Shown here: one piece after another, positions 25,918 to 36,554 of the stretch
Position numbering within the stretch: the first letter of the stretch is position 1
How the letters are laid out: every line of letters begins with the position of its first letter
Origin: Bacilli bacterium
Lineage (GTDB): Bacteria; Bacillota_I; Bacilli_A; RFN20; CAG-826
Reading direction: 5' to 3'
Assembly: GCA_045226015.1 (NCBI GenBank)
Contig: JBGVBY010000013.1
Location: forward strand, 28,908 to 92,907
Length of the DNA: 64,000 nt
Program-made: the position numbers and the translations under genes
Notes under the pieces: generated by a model
What the model was told of the DNA's origin: nothing
The model's database searches: none
The model's input: only the letters and a program-made list of their open reading frames with translations

Positions 25918-27243
25918 TTATTCTTCAGCAGAATCTGCTGAGATGACACAAGCGGGGACGACGCCATAAGAGCCGTTAGCGCCGTAGTAGTAACGGGTAC
26001 CTGACGGGACGACATAGACCGCATAGTGGACGTGGCCACGAAAGGCGGTTCTCAACCACCAATAGCCGTAACTTGACCCAACAATTTTCTTACGAAGATT
26101 GTTTTGGTCAGTGCTATTGTCACTAGCGCTTAATCCGTTTGTAAATAAGGCAAGCCTTGTATCGCTTTCATCCGCGTCTGTAGAGAAGTTAACGTCCTTA
26201 CTACAAAGTAGGAAGAATTTATCGGTGAAATTATGTGCGCCTGTATTTCCGTAAGTGCCATTTGTGTTATCTTTCCAAACCTTATTTTCGGTGGATAAGA
26301 TATCTAAGAATGCTGGATCAATACCGTGCATAAATGGAACGCCAGCGTGGTTGCTTGGTCTTAAATCCCATTTAGTTTGTGGACTCCACCAGCCTGAACC
26401 GGTACCATTGAGATATTGTCTAATTGCGGATTCCATATAGTTATTGGAACCGTAAGAGACTCTATCGTTATGATTCTCACAACCAGAAGCGGTTAAGTCG
26501 CCATCACAATCAGTTACATCAGCAACGATTGCTAATCCGCTTTCAACGGATGCTCTATCTGCGCCATAGGTGGTAACAGTCACGCTTGTAGAAAGAGTGG
26601 TGTTGCTTGGTTTAGCACAATAGAATGGTTGAGTTGCGGTGAATGATAATGTGGAAGAGATTTTGTATTTACCTGCTGGTAATTGGCTTCCATCAGCTGC
26701 AGCCCATTTTGCTTCTTGAGCATCAAATTGCATTGAGATGAATGCATCGTGCATAACAAGTGTTAACTTGTCATTTTCAACGTGGGCGATATCGAACACT
26801 AATTCACTTGCGCTTTCGTGAACGGTAATGGTGTCATCAACACTTGGTGTTCCAGTAACAACAATGCCATATTCACTTAAAGTAACGAGTGCTCCGTGAT
26901 TGTCTTTCCAACCATCAGCGGTGTAGGTAAACACATAATCAATGTTTCCTGCTTCGTGTTCTTTTTCTAAGAATGTGGCTTCTGTGAACGCGATTGATAA
27001 ATCGTTGTTGCTTGGAGTGACAAGAATTGAATTTTCTTTTTCAACTGTGATTTGATCACCGACATCGAAGTAACTCTTGCCTTTGCCAGCATTAAGAATT
27101 TCCTTAATTCTCGCGAATGTCATAACACTTCCGTTGAAATCAAGATTCAAACCCATTAAAGCATTGGCAAGTGTTGCTCTTAGTTTCGCCTGTTCTTCTT
27201 TGTAGACTTTTGCGCCTAACATTTCCTTAAAAATTTCAGACAT
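25918..27243 (-). CDS. Primary DGR target: tail/receptor-binding protein with C-terminal DUF6273/C-type-lectin-like domain
   Basis: YGSNNYMESAIRQYLN...KFFLL...WWLRTA...GVVPACVI; in tail module; VR1 at 3' end. Confidence 0.85.
   Translation of the reverse strand: MSEIFKEMLGAKVYKEEQAKLRATLANALMGLNLDFNGSVMTFARIKEILNAGKGKSYFDVGDQITVEKENSILVTPSNNDLSIAFTEATFLEKEHEAGNIDYVFTYTADGWKDNHGALVTLSEYGIVVTGTPSVDDTITVHESASELVFDIAHVENDKLTLVMHDAFISMQFDAQEAKWAAADGSQLPAGKYKISSTLSFTATQPFYCAKPSNTTLSTSVTVTTYGADRASVESGLAIVADVTDCDGDLTASGCENHNDRVSYGSNNYMESAIRQYLNGTGSGWWSPQTKWDLRPSNHAGVPFMHGIDPAFLDILSTENKVWKDNTNGTYGNTGAHNFTDKFFLLCSKDVNFSTDADESDTRLALFTNGLSASDNSTDQNNLRKKIVGSSYGYWWLRTAFRGHVHYAVYVVPSGTRYYYGANGSYGVVPACVISADSAEE
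25954..26049 (-). repeat. DGR variable repeat VR1
   Basis: 96-nt ungapped match to TR with 19 mismatches, all at TR adenines. Confidence 0.97.
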
Positions 27244-27261
27244 AATTTAGTTCTCCTTTCT

Positions 27262-28332
27262 TTATTCAACTTCAGTTATGTCAGTTACTGCGAGCCAGAC
27301 ACCTTCGCCTCTAACAACGATTCTCCAGTCATAGACTTTCGATTCGTCCATATCGGTAATAGTGTTAACACCAGTAATTCCTGCTATTTTGTTTTCTGCC
27401 ATTGTTTGTGCCTCTGCTTTGGTATAGACATCAGAAGCATTTGCTTTGGTGTCTACTGCGTCTTTTAAGACCTTACCTTGTTTAGCACTCAATGGTTTAT
27501 TTGTAATCTCGGATGTGAGATTATCGATGATGTCACTAACACTGACTTTGCTAGTGGTAATTCCATCAATGAGAGATTTGTTATTTTTGATGTAAGTAAC
27601 GATTTCTTGGACAGTGTCTAAGTCAGTATCATTACTTGCAATTAACGCGAGAATTGTCGCAATTTTTGCATCTAACACCTTACCTTGATTAGCGGATAAT
27701 GGCTTTGTGGTGGAGGTATCATTTAAGGCATCTACGATATTTGCAATCTTGATATAAGTTTGGTCAATGATTGCTCCGTTTTGGTCTTTAGCAGCCTTAC
27801 CACAAGTTGTGTCACCATTTTTGATTTTAAGAATCTCATTATTGGTTAACGCTAATTCCGCTTTAGTGGCATAAGTTGTCTTGATTACGTTTCCGTCACC
27901 ATCTCTTAATGCTTTATAGGCTGAGATAGTTCCGTTGATGATATCACTTCTTAAGGTTGCGATATTTGCGTTGATCGTGACAATTGCCGCTTGAATGGTA
28001 GAGATGCTAGTTCCTTGCGTAGTAGTTAATGTTTGTAATGCCTGGACTTGTGACATCAATCTTGAGTAGTTGAGTGTGTCAGTCTCAAGAGTCAATACTC
28101 TAGCTGCTAAAGCAGTTAATGCTTGGTCTAACGACACGATGTCAGCTTCTAAGGTATCATTATCACTAGCGTGTTTTTGTCTTATTGCTTCGATTAAATC
28201 GTGTAAGAAGTAGAGACCTTCATAGAACTTCTTTTTGATAGTTTCAGAGTCTAGTTTTGCTTCTGATGTATTGTCAGGCAAAGACTTAGGCGTAATGAGG
28301 TCTAGTTGAGCTCTTTCTTGTTCAAATGTCAT
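27262..28332 (-). CDS. Tail fibre / fibre-adaptor protein
   Basis: Coiled coil plus two copies of D.L......KPLSA.QGKVL tail-fibre repeat. Confidence 0.65.
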   Translation of the reverse strand: MTFEQERAQLDLITPKSLPDNTSEAKLDSETIKKKFYEGLYFLHDLIEAIRQKHASDNDTLEADIVSLDQALTALAARVLTLETDTLNYSRLMSQVQALQTLTTTQGTSISTIQAAIVTINANIATLRSDIINGTISAYKALRDGDGNVIKTTYATKAELALTNNEILKIKNGDTTCGKAAKDQNGAIIDQTYIKIANIVDALNDTSTTKPLSANQGKVLDAKIATILALIASNDTDLDTVQEIVTYIKNNKSLIDGITTSKVSVSDIIDNLTSEITNKPLSAKQGKVLKDAVDTKANASDVYTKAEAQTMAENKIAGITGVNTITDMDESKVYDWRIVVRGEGVWLAVTDITEVE

Positions 28333-28333
28333 A

Positions 28334-31300
28334 TTACTTCACTCCTTTCATAAGCAAACTATATGAGTAGATAATATCGAGCTTGGATAAGACCATTCTT
28401 GTTCCTTCATCGTTAGAGAAGATGAATCTCATAAACCCGACTTTACTAATGTTTTTATAGCGGTTGTAAATATGTGGTAACAAGTCGTTGGAGAAGTGGA
28501 TTTTTTCGAAGTTGAGACCTTCAAATGATAATTGTCTTGCGCCACCAACTTCTTTAACTGCAACTTTGAATCCAGCGTATGCACGGCTCGCTATATAACC
28601 GACGTTCATCATTGATGCGATTTGGCTATCGTTAATGATTGACCACATATGAATTGTTTTTTGGTATAAGTCATGACCGAAGTTGAATGGTTTTGTTACG
28701 AAGAATGAATTGACATTCACCTTTTCGGTAATGACACCTTGATATGTGCCTGTTCTACCTTTGTAATAGATAAGGTCGAGTGGCATCATAACAGTTTCGT
28801 TGTTAACGCTCTTTAGAGGTAATCCAACTTTGAATTTCTTACCGCCACCAGCAGCATCAGCAACATCCATAATGTATGCATTTCTAACTGCATTGACTCT
28901 AAATGACATTCTTAATGAGATAACACCTGTTAGGTTGACTTCGTTTTCGAATTCATCAAGGATTTTGAATCTATAATCGAATGCTTGTGAAGTTGGAACT
29001 CTCTTGAGCTTGTATTTTGTATCATCTCTTACTTCGGTAATTGTCTTTGTGATGTTATCGAAGAAAACAACTTTGTAACTGTAGAAGAGAAGAGATGTGT
29101 CGACCATTCTTTCGTAATCAATCTCGCCTTGAGCGGTGTATGGCTTAATAACGATTTCGTTATTGATACCATCAATGACACCAGCGTAAGCAGTTTGATC
29201 GAATGATACTAATCCGTTTGCTATTGCGTTTTCTCTAGTTGCTTTATCAATGAATAAGCCCATATTTGCATATACTTGGCTATCTTCAGTAATATCGCCT
29301 GTAATAGCAGAGATTTTATTTAATAGATGGAATTCATTACCGGCTTTGACTTTATCGGCGTATGTTTGTGAAACAACGATTTCATCGGTATTTGCATCAA
29401 TGCTTAGTGTTGTACCACCGAGACCGACATAAGTTCTTGGCTTATCTTTTCTTTCAATTGATGAATCTTCCATAAATCTGGAGATATTTCCTTGTTTATC
29501 AGAGAAGTATAATTCATCATCAATTTCGAAGAAGTAGTAGGCATCAATGTTGTCACAGAAATACCACTCATATTCGCTATTTTCATCGCGGAGAGTGTAT
29601 TCACCGACATATAAGCCTTCATCAGTTCTTACGAGTAATTTCTCTTTATACTGAGAGATAATCGTATAATCTAAATCATTATTCTTTAGTAACTTATTAT
29701 TGATATGTGAAGATACGTCATATGTGTATTTCGCATTGTTATAAGTTGTTTCTTTAGAGGTAATAGCCTTTAATCCGTTTTTGGTAAGCACTAAGGTTTC
29801 TCCAACAAAGTTGATAATTGAATATGGAGAGATAGCACCTGAGCCACCATTTGGATTAACTTCGAAGCAAGGATATGCTTCTTCGGCAAGTTCACCTTCA
29901 CTGACAAGATTTCCATCGTAACTTGAGGCATTAACTAATTGTTGCTGTCTTGTATAGATGGTTGCTTCGTGATTTGCTTTGCCTTTGAAGACTAATAATG
30001 TTCCATCACGGTAGATGTCATATCCTTTGACTGGAGAATTTTCACTACCATATTTGCAGTAGTCCAAGTCAGAGAAGTATGTTAGGTCTCTATCTTCTTC
30101 AGTATCGTAGTTCTCAACTTGAGAAGAATTGACTTGTGAAGAGTGCCAGTCCATATTTGGATAGTCTTTGTTACCACTGATGAACAATCTCTTGTTATAG
30201 ATGATTCCGAAATGGCATTTGTTGATTCTATCGGCATACCCAGGAACGTGATGAGGGAATTTAGCAATAATGTTGCCATCTCCATCGATTGGATTCACTG
30301 GATCATCCCATAAGACTAATCCGCCGTTTTCAATGGTCGAGCCATCGACTTCACTTGTTGCACCGAGTTTGATATAACCAATGCAGTCTCCATTGGCATT
30401 ATTGCCTGTGTAGACATTTAATCCGTATGTTGAGTGTTCTTGGTTATTGTCAACTGAGATAAGGTTTCTATGGAATAATGGAAGTTGTGTAGTTGGTGAG
30501 AACTCAATAGTCGCCTCTTCATGTGTGACACTAGCAACGTTAAACGCTACTCTATATGGATTTTCTTCAACAATACCGCTGTCATAAGGCATTGAGATGA
30601 TAATTGAGTATTCTTGTGTTTTAACAACACCTTGAGATGTGTAAGAAACTAAGACATTTAATCTTCCACCTGACCTTAATAAAGTTCCTAGTGGTGGATT
30701 ACTTGTTTCAAACCCAGCAACATCCATCCATTCGGTGTCTTTGAATAATGCCTGGACTGTTAATCCTTTAGCATTAAAGATATCTCCAACACGATAATTG
30801 TATGGATCTTGTTCAGAATCGAATTTTAATCTAATATCAACCAACTCTAAGTTTGGTGTAACCGCGATCGATAATGTCTCGGAACAGCTTTCGTTTGCAT
30901 CATATGGGTTAACCGCTTGAATTGTGACTGATTTAACACCTAAATTAGTGGATGCGAAGCTCACTTCGTTGTTTCCGTTTAAGGCTAATTCAGTAGTGAT
31001 ATTTGGAGCGGTGAATGTAACTTGTTCTTCGTATCCATTTTCAAACACACCATAGACAACAAGAGGAGTAATAGAGAATACTGTTCCATTAGTAACAGAT
31101 GTATTTAATAAAGAAGTATCTAGTCTTAATGAGACCATTGATGGAGCAGCAATTGTGATGCTGTAAGTTGCAGTTTGAGTAACACCGCCTTCGGTATAAA
31201 CAACTGTAACTGTCTTTGTTCCATCGTTGTCATCAGTAAATGCGACGGATTTATAAGCATCATAGTCAGTGGTGAATCCACTTGTTAAAACGCCTTCATA

Positions 31301-34300
31301 ACCATCGTTATAAGTAGTTTCTATGATAAGTCCTTCAGTAGTGAATTTATCACCATATAAGAAGGATGTTTTATGTGTAGATGCCACTCTAATTGAAATG
31401 CCAGTTAAGGCTCTTGCGACGACAGTTAAAGTACCGACTTCGCAAGTCTTAGTAACGCCTTCGTATGTATAAGCAACAATAAGTTTCTTTCCATTATCTG
31501 AAGTAGAAACTGCTGCTGTATAGTATTTTTCATCAGTATTGATGTAGACTTTGCATTCAGTTAACGCTAAGTCTCTATTACTTAAAGTTCTATTAAAAAC
31601 TGCACTAACAACTAAATCTGCTAAATCAAGTGATTGACCTTCAACGTATGAAAGCATTGCGCTTAAATCGTCTGGATCAGTTGATTCGACATTGATAGAT
31701 GCTAATGTGATAGCATTTGCAGTTAAAGTGACACTGGATGTTTTTTCTTGTCTAGAAACACCAACACCCATTTCGTATCTTGCAGTAATAGTGTTATTTC
31801 CTGTGATAAGGACTTGACCATCGCTGATATTAAAGACTGCATCAGAACTGACGTCACTAGTTGCTGGATAGTTGCTATCGTTTTCATCAGTAGATTTCAT
31901 TGTCTTTGTAACACTTAAATTCTCTAATGCGATAGTGTCACCAGCGTATAATGTTCCGCTGTAATAAGAAGCATCTAATGAAATTGAATCTAAATAGATA
32001 CAATGAATCGTAAATGTTGAGTATTTGGTTTCTCCACCAAAAGACATTCCAACGGTAACGTTTTCAACTTTGCTTGTGATAGTAAGCGAATCAAGACTTA
32101 AAGCAAGGTCATATGTAGTGCCACTGATAGTGACTTTATTACCAGTTGCAATTGTGAGTTCGTATTCATCTTCATCATTGAATGTAACTGTAAGTGAATG
32201 ACCGGCTAAAGTGAATTGACTACCATAGTTAACAGCGACTTTACTAACATCTAAAACAACTGATGCAAGAGCCTTAACTGTGACTGTTAAGTAGTTTTGC
32301 TTTGTGACACCAGCTTCGGTATATGAGAACCAAACATCATGAGTTAAACCATCATTGTTGTCTGGAGTCATTGCTGTATGACCAGTAATTGTGACTTTAG
32401 AAATATCATCGACGTTTACTGAACCTGCTTCATCATTTTCGCCATCGTGTGTGTAGAAACGTTTGATTGTGAGTTGAGTTAAATCTAAATCTTGACCTCT
32501 GTTGAATTTATTTGGACTTCTTGAACTTAAAATAGAAATGCCGTGCAAGATAGAAACTCTCACAGTATATGTAGCAGTCTTGCCACCAAATGAGACTGTG
32601 ACAGTGTTATCACCCATATCATCTTTAGTCCATTTAGAACCAACCTCTTTAACTCTTTCACCATCATCTAAAACGCAGATGTCATATAAACCTCTAGCGA
32701 TTGTTTTATTTCCGCCATATTCGTATGATGCAGTGACTGTAATATGGTTATTTTCGTTAATATAATCAGTGAAATCTTCACCGGCTCTAGTCCAACGTAA
32801 AAGACCAGTTGAACTACCAGCATTAACACTAATTGAATTTAATTTATCGTATTTTGCGGTTAAAGTAGCTTCATCTTCAATAATGTCGCTATTATAAGCA
32901 ACTTCTAAATCTTCTCCGTTTGTTTCAACAATAATAGAGAAATTACTAGAAACTGCTGTGATATCTTCGCCAAAGACTTGACCATCTAAAGAGGTGGAGA
33001 AGTCTACCTCTTTATTTGTTAAACCAGAGTGCATTGTTGCTTTAACAACGATGCCAGCAGCTGAGAATACTGATCCTTCAACGAATGTATCATTCCAACC
33101 GCTTAAATCAACGCTTGTGATTTCATCTGGATAGTCTTCAACAACTGAAATATTATAAGTTGTACTGACTGTATCACCAATAGTAGCGGTGACTGTGACA
33201 GCGTGTGTGCCAATTTCCATATTGTCTGGAGCACTAACACTATATTCGCTTGCGTTTAAGGCTCTTTCGCTACCATCAGACATATGAGCTGTGACAATTA
33301 AACCACCAGCTGAGAATGTTGGAGCAGAACCTGAATAAACGAATTCTGTTTTATAGTTTGAACAAGTAATGGAATCGAGTGTAATAACCTCGACTTCATA
33401 TGTTTGAGTGATTGTATTTCCTTTATGAGTAACACTGACACTAACCTCGTATGTTCCTTTTTTACCGCGATTGACATTAGATGTATCAACATTAACAGCA
33501 AAATCAGAATTACCAGCTAAAGGAATCTCAGTTTCTTGAGTAGTAGTGGTTGTAACAAAGATTTTTAATCCAGTTGTAAGACTACCGGTACTACCTTTTA
33601 AGAACTTCGTGATTTCGCTTGGAACATATAAACGAACATTGGAAATACCATTGACAGTGACATTATATGTCGCGGTTTGACCACGATATTTAACAGTGAC
33701 TGTTTTAGTTCCAATAGTAGTTAAATCAGGCTCAACGATTTCAATTTTGTTGGATGGAACTGAGTATGTGCCTGCTTCACCATAGTCAGCAGTTACTGTT
33801 AATCCACTAGAAGAGAATGATTCATTAGTGTTATAGACAGTTTTATATGTACCACCTAAAGAGATACTTTGAGCATCTCTAACAATCTTAGTAACTGTAA
33901 CAGTCTTGGTTAAAGTGGTATTTGCATCTCGTGCAGTAAATGTCCAAGTGTTATTTCCTAATTCTTTTGGTTGTGAAGTCCAAGTGAAGTTAGCGCTTGT
34001 GGCTGAAACAGTGGTTTCTGATCCATCTGAGTATTTGAAAGTAACTTGAGTAGGAATTGCTGCATCCGGCTCAATTAAATATTTATAGTAAACTTTGGAA
34101 TTTTCAGTTGCGATTCCAGAAGCATAATCTAAGACAGTAATGTTATAACTTGTGGATTTTCCACCATAGGAAATATTGACTGTTTTAGTACCTGGAGTAG
34201 ATGTGCTAGGTGCAGTAAATTGGGCATCTGCTGTAACATCATATGTTCCACCTTCATTTCCACCGAATAATGAATGATAATACCAATGTGAATATACTCT

Positions 34301-35047
34301 AACATTAGTTTTATCTAATGTTTCATTCATATAGTATGTGTGTTTTGCTGTTCCATGTGTTGCGGTAATTGAGTTTAAGGTTAATGGATAAATGTAAACA
34401 TTTCCTAATTCAAAAGAAACAGTTTTTTCAGTCCAAATTGCTGGCGAACCAACTCCGGCACCGGGTCTCGATTCATCAGAATAAACAATCTCTACATATA
34501 TTCTGTGATACCCACCCTCGTAATATATTCTGCTATTTTCGGACTCAACTTTTGTACTCCCAACTTTAACATCAGTTGTACCTCCATAATATCCACTCTG
34601 TTTATATGTATGGTTTTTTGTTGCATTGAATGGAATTGTTAAATCACAGTATACTACCAGATTTCTCGCCTCAATCTCTGCATAATTATATGTTGTACTA
34701 GATCCATAATATCCACTTACTTGATTATAGAAATCAATGGTTCTAACTATTAAATTATCAATATAAATTTTTAACTTATATAATCTGACAGTTTTTGTTG
34801 TGTTTACACCAAATCCACCATTCATTTTTGATTGAGCAACTAATGAATCTGCAAGTGTTAATTCTAAAGACAGTTCATCAAGCGAAACTTGGTATCTTCC
34901 ACTGCTTGGTATACTTGCTTCCTCACAATTTCCGTATGCTAAAGCAGTATAATCTCTCAATGTTCCAGTAAGGCGAGCTTTGAGTGCATTGTTAGATTTC
35001 CAAGTACCAATTGAAACTAAATCAGAAGACCATGTAGAATCAGACAT
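28334..35047 (-). CDS. Giant tail protein: about 14 Ig-like repeats fused to C-terminal part of tail nozzle/stabilisation protein
   Basis: Repeats of type L.SI....Y.T.F..G..F...GL.V.A.Y.DG...G.KTVTV.Y.G....Y.ITV at about 30600-34390; C-terminal INKC..G..YNKRLFISGNKDYPN..WHS...YFSDL..GSE..P..G..L.VFK; start refined to ATG 35047 behind AAGGTG. Confidence 0.75.
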   Translation of the reverse strand: MSDSTWSSDLVSIGTWKSNNALKARLTGTLRDYTALAYGNCEEASIPSSGRYQVSLDELSLELTLADSLVAQSKMNGGFGVNTTKTVRLYKLKIYIDNLIVRTIDFYNQVSGYYGSSTTYNYAEIEARNLVVYCDLTIPFNATKNHTYKQSGYYGGTTDVKVGSTKVESENSRIYYEGGYHRIYVEIVYSDESRPGAGVGSPAIWTEKTVSFELGNVYIYPLTLNSITATHGTAKHTYYMNETLDKTNVRVYSHWYYHSLFGGNEGGTYDVTADAQFTAPSTSTPGTKTVNISYGGKSTSYNITVLDYASGIATENSKVYYKYLIEPDAAIPTQVTFKYSDGSETTVSATSANFTWTSQPKELGNNTWTFTARDANTTLTKTVTVTKIVRDAQSISLGGTYKTVYNTNESFSSSGLTVTADYGEAGTYSVPSNKIEIVEPDLTTIGTKTVTVKYRGQTATYNVTVNGISNVRLYVPSEITKFLKGSTGSLTTGLKIFVTTTTTQETEIPLAGNSDFAVNVDTSNVNRGKKGTYEVSVSVTHKGNTITQTYEVEVITLDSITCSNYKTEFVYSGSAPTFSAGGLIVTAHMSDGSERALNASEYSVSAPDNMEIGTHAVTVTATIGDTVSTTYNISVVEDYPDEITSVDLSGWNDTFVEGSVFSAAGIVVKATMHSGLTNKEVDFSTSLDGQVFGEDITAVSSNFSIIVETNGEDLEVAYNSDIIEDEATLTAKYDKLNSISVNAGSSTGLLRWTRAGEDFTDYINENNHITVTASYEYGGNKTIARGLYDICVLDDGERVKEVGSKWTKDDMGDNTVTVSFGGKTATYTVRVSILHGISILSSRSPNKFNRGQDLDLTQLTIKRFYTHDGENDEAGSVNVDDISKVTITGHTAMTPDNNDGLTHDVWFSYTEAGVTKQNYLTVTVKALASVVLDVSKVAVNYGSQFTLAGHSLTVTFNDEDEYELTIATGNKVTISGTTYDLALSLDSLTITSKVENVTVGMSFGGETKYSTFTIHCIYLDSISLDASYYSGTLYAGDTIALENLSVTKTMKSTDENDSNYPATSDVSSDAVFNISDGQVLITGNNTITARYEMGVGVSRQEKTSSVTLTANAITLASINVESTDPDDLSAMLSYVEGQSLDLADLVVSAVFNRTLSNRDLALTECKVYINTDEKYYTAAVSTSDNGKKLIVAYTYEGVTKTCEVGTLTVVARALTGISIRVASTHKTSFLYGDKFTTEGLIIETTYNDGYEGVLTSGFTTDYDAYKSVAFTDDNDGTKTVTVVYTEGGVTQTATYSITIAAPSMVSLRLDTSLLNTSVTNGTVFSITPLVVYGVFENGYEEQVTFTAPNITTELALNGNNEVSFASTNLGVKSVTIQAVNPYDANESCSETLSIAVTPNLELVDIRLKFDSEQDPYNYRVGDIFNAKGLTVQALFKDTEWMDVAGFETSNPPLGTLLRSGGRLNVLVSYTSQGVVKTQEYSIIISMPYDSGIVEENPYRVAFNVASVTHEEATIEFSPTTQLPLFHRNLISVDNNQEHSTYGLNVYTGNNANGDCIGYIKLGATSEVDGSTIENGGLVLWDDPVNPIDGDGNIIAKFPHHVPGYADRINKCHFGIIYNKRLFISGNKDYPNMDWHSSQVNSSQVENYDTEEDRDLTYFSDLDYCKYGSENSPVKGYDIYRDGTLLVFKGKANHEATIYTRQQQLVNASSYDGNLVSEGELAEEAYPCFEVNPNGGSGAISPYSIINFVGETLVLTKNGLKAITSKETTYNNAKYTYDVSSHINNKLLKNNDLDYTIISQYKEKLLVRTDEGLYVGEYTLRDENSEYEWYFCDNIDAYYFFEIDDELYFSDKQGNISRFMEDSSIERKDKPRTYVGLGGTTLSIDANTDEIVVSQTYADKVKAGNEFHLLNKISAITGDITEDSQVYANMGLFIDKATRENAIANGLVSFDQTAYAGVIDGINNEIVIKPYTAQGEIDYERMVDTSLLFYSYKVVFFDNITKTITEVRDDTKYKLKRVPTSQAFDYRFKILDEFENEVNLTGVISLRMSFRVNAVRNAYIMDVADAAGGGKKFKVGLPLKSVNNETVMMPLDLIYYKGRTGTYQGVITEKVNVNSFFVTKPFNFGHDLYQKTIHMWSIINDSQIASMMNVGYIASRAYAGFKVAVKEVGGARQLSFEGLNFEKIHFSNDLLPHIYNRYKNISKVGFMRFIFSNDEGTRMVLSKLDIIYSYSLLMKGVK

Positions 35048-35048
35048 A

Positions 35049-35795
35049 CTATGCACCCACCTTTCTTAAAGAACTAATTACAATTTCCATATTATTTAAG
35101 TCAGACAAAGTCTTTGGTTTGATGGATGTATCGAAATCCCATTCCCAAAAGCGTGTAGTTCTGACATCAACGCCATTATCAATATATGTGCCACTAACGA
35201 GTTTGTTCTTTCTCCATTGAGTCATTAAATTGACATCGTCATAAGCACTAACTAGGTTGGTTGGAGCATCTTTATAAGTGACACCGATAGAAGTAGTTGG
35301 AATATAGGTATAATCACTATCTTCAACCTCTACGAGTTCATAACTAGGAGCAATTCTTAACATTAAGTATTTGTTGCCACCTAAAATATAGAGCCTTTTT
35401 CCGCTTGCTCTCATAAGTGATCGGTAATCTTCTAATTCATAAGTGCTAATCTTAATGAAATAGGCATCTAAGAATGAATATTCTTTACCGATTTTGAATC
35501 CTTCGTATAAGAACTTTCCAATATGGAAAATGTGATGCTCATAGCCATCTTCTGCCTCGAATTTGATGTAGCTGTTAACTCTACCTTCAACTTTAGCGAT
35601 TTGCTCCCAAGCATCACGAGTTTGGTTAATTCCATCTTTGAAGATAATATTCAAAATATCTCTAGCGTTATTGTTGGCAAGATTAGTTTCCGCTTCTTGA
35701 TAGTCAACACCGGCAAAAGAGCCAGTAGTGAATGTCTTTCTACTGGAAAGGTTTTGATTCGCTAATGTGATTTTGAACTTATCCTTATTTGCCAT
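35049..35795 (-). CDS. N-terminal part of tail nozzle/stabilisation protein (P22 gp10/T7 gp12-like role)
   Basis: FAGVDY...RD..N...G..TR...IFHIG..LY...KRLYILGG..Y...YIPTT.I..YDDVNLM..RKN pattern; follows adaptor gene. Confidence 0.6.
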   Translation of the reverse strand: MANKDKFKITLANQNLSSRKTFTTGSFAGVDYQEAETNLANNNARDILNIIFKDGINQTRDAWEQIAKVEGRVNSYIKFEAEDGYEHHIFHIGKFLYEGFKIGKEYSFLDAYFIKISTYELEDYRSLMRASGKRLYILGGNKYLMLRIAPSYELVEVEDSDYTYIPTTSIGVTYKDAPTNLVSAYDDVNLMTQWRKNKLVSGTYIDNGVDVRTTRFWEWDFDTSIKPKTLSDLNNMEIVISSLRKVGA

Positions 35796-35804
35796 AACAA
35801 TTAC

Positions 35805-36431
35805 CTAGAGTTTGTATTTAGCGCGAGTTTCGGATTGATAGACGATAGTTTGTCTTTGATCAACCTCGTTCACGAATTGTTCGAAGTAGTTGAGATAGCG
35901 TTTACATCTATCTGGATCAACATCTTCCCAAAGTTCAGATTTGACAAAATAGTTAATGTAATTACAAAGTTCATCGGTTAATCCATATTTGCTTTCGAGG
36001 TCATCTTCGCTGTCGATGTCAGTCTCGGTGAAGTTTGGAATCTTTCTTTCGTATGCAATATGAATAGTGGAGTTAAGACCATATCCTAAATAGAGCATAT
36101 TTTGTCCAACAACTGACCAACCAATCCAATATGGTTTACCGTCACGCATAATGAAAACTGAACGGATTTTTCTAATATCTTTGATAGAAGAGATATCATA
36201 GATATCCTTTGTTTCATCAGCGGTTAAAGTTGTATGTTTCAATTCAATTTTTCCCGCAGTAATTAAACGAGAAATTGCTTTATTGATAGAAATGAACACA
36301 TTATTGATTTCAGCGGTGTAATCTGGATTCTCGATGAGAGTTCCATCACGTAAAAATTCCACTTTCAAATTAGTGTCATCGTTATGTAGAGTTTCTTTCA
36401 AACAATTGATTACTAAGTCAGCGAATCTCAT
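35805..36431 (-). CDS. Head-tail adaptor / tail tubular protein A-like
   Basis: About 208 aa, INKAISRL, downstream of capsid gene in podoviral order; start refined to ATG 36431. Confidence 0.55.
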   Translation of the reverse strand: MRFADLVINCLKETLHNDDTNLKVEFLRDGTLIENPDYTAEINNVFISINKAISRLITAGKIELKHTTLTADETKDIYDISSIKDIRKIRSVFIMRDGKPYWIGWSVVGQNMLYLGYGLNSTIHIAYERKIPNFTETDIDSEDDLESKYGLTDELCNYINYFVKSELWEDVDPDRCKRYLNYFEQFVNEVDQRQTIVYQSETRAKYKL

Positions 36432-36554
36432 AATTTGTCCTTTCTTTAATTTTTGGTATATTCGGCGCTTCGTATAGGAATTGCACCTATAAGGCGGTGA
36501 CGTGCCTCTCTTAGAGCGAAGCATGTATGCCGTACATTACATACGGCAGGGTTA

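Noticed and set aside
35040-35070. Programmed frameshift joining the two nozzle halves
   Set aside because: Downstream gene has its own SD (AAGGTG) and ATG, and no recognisable slippery heptamer precedes the stop; low-level +1 shifting cannot be excluded
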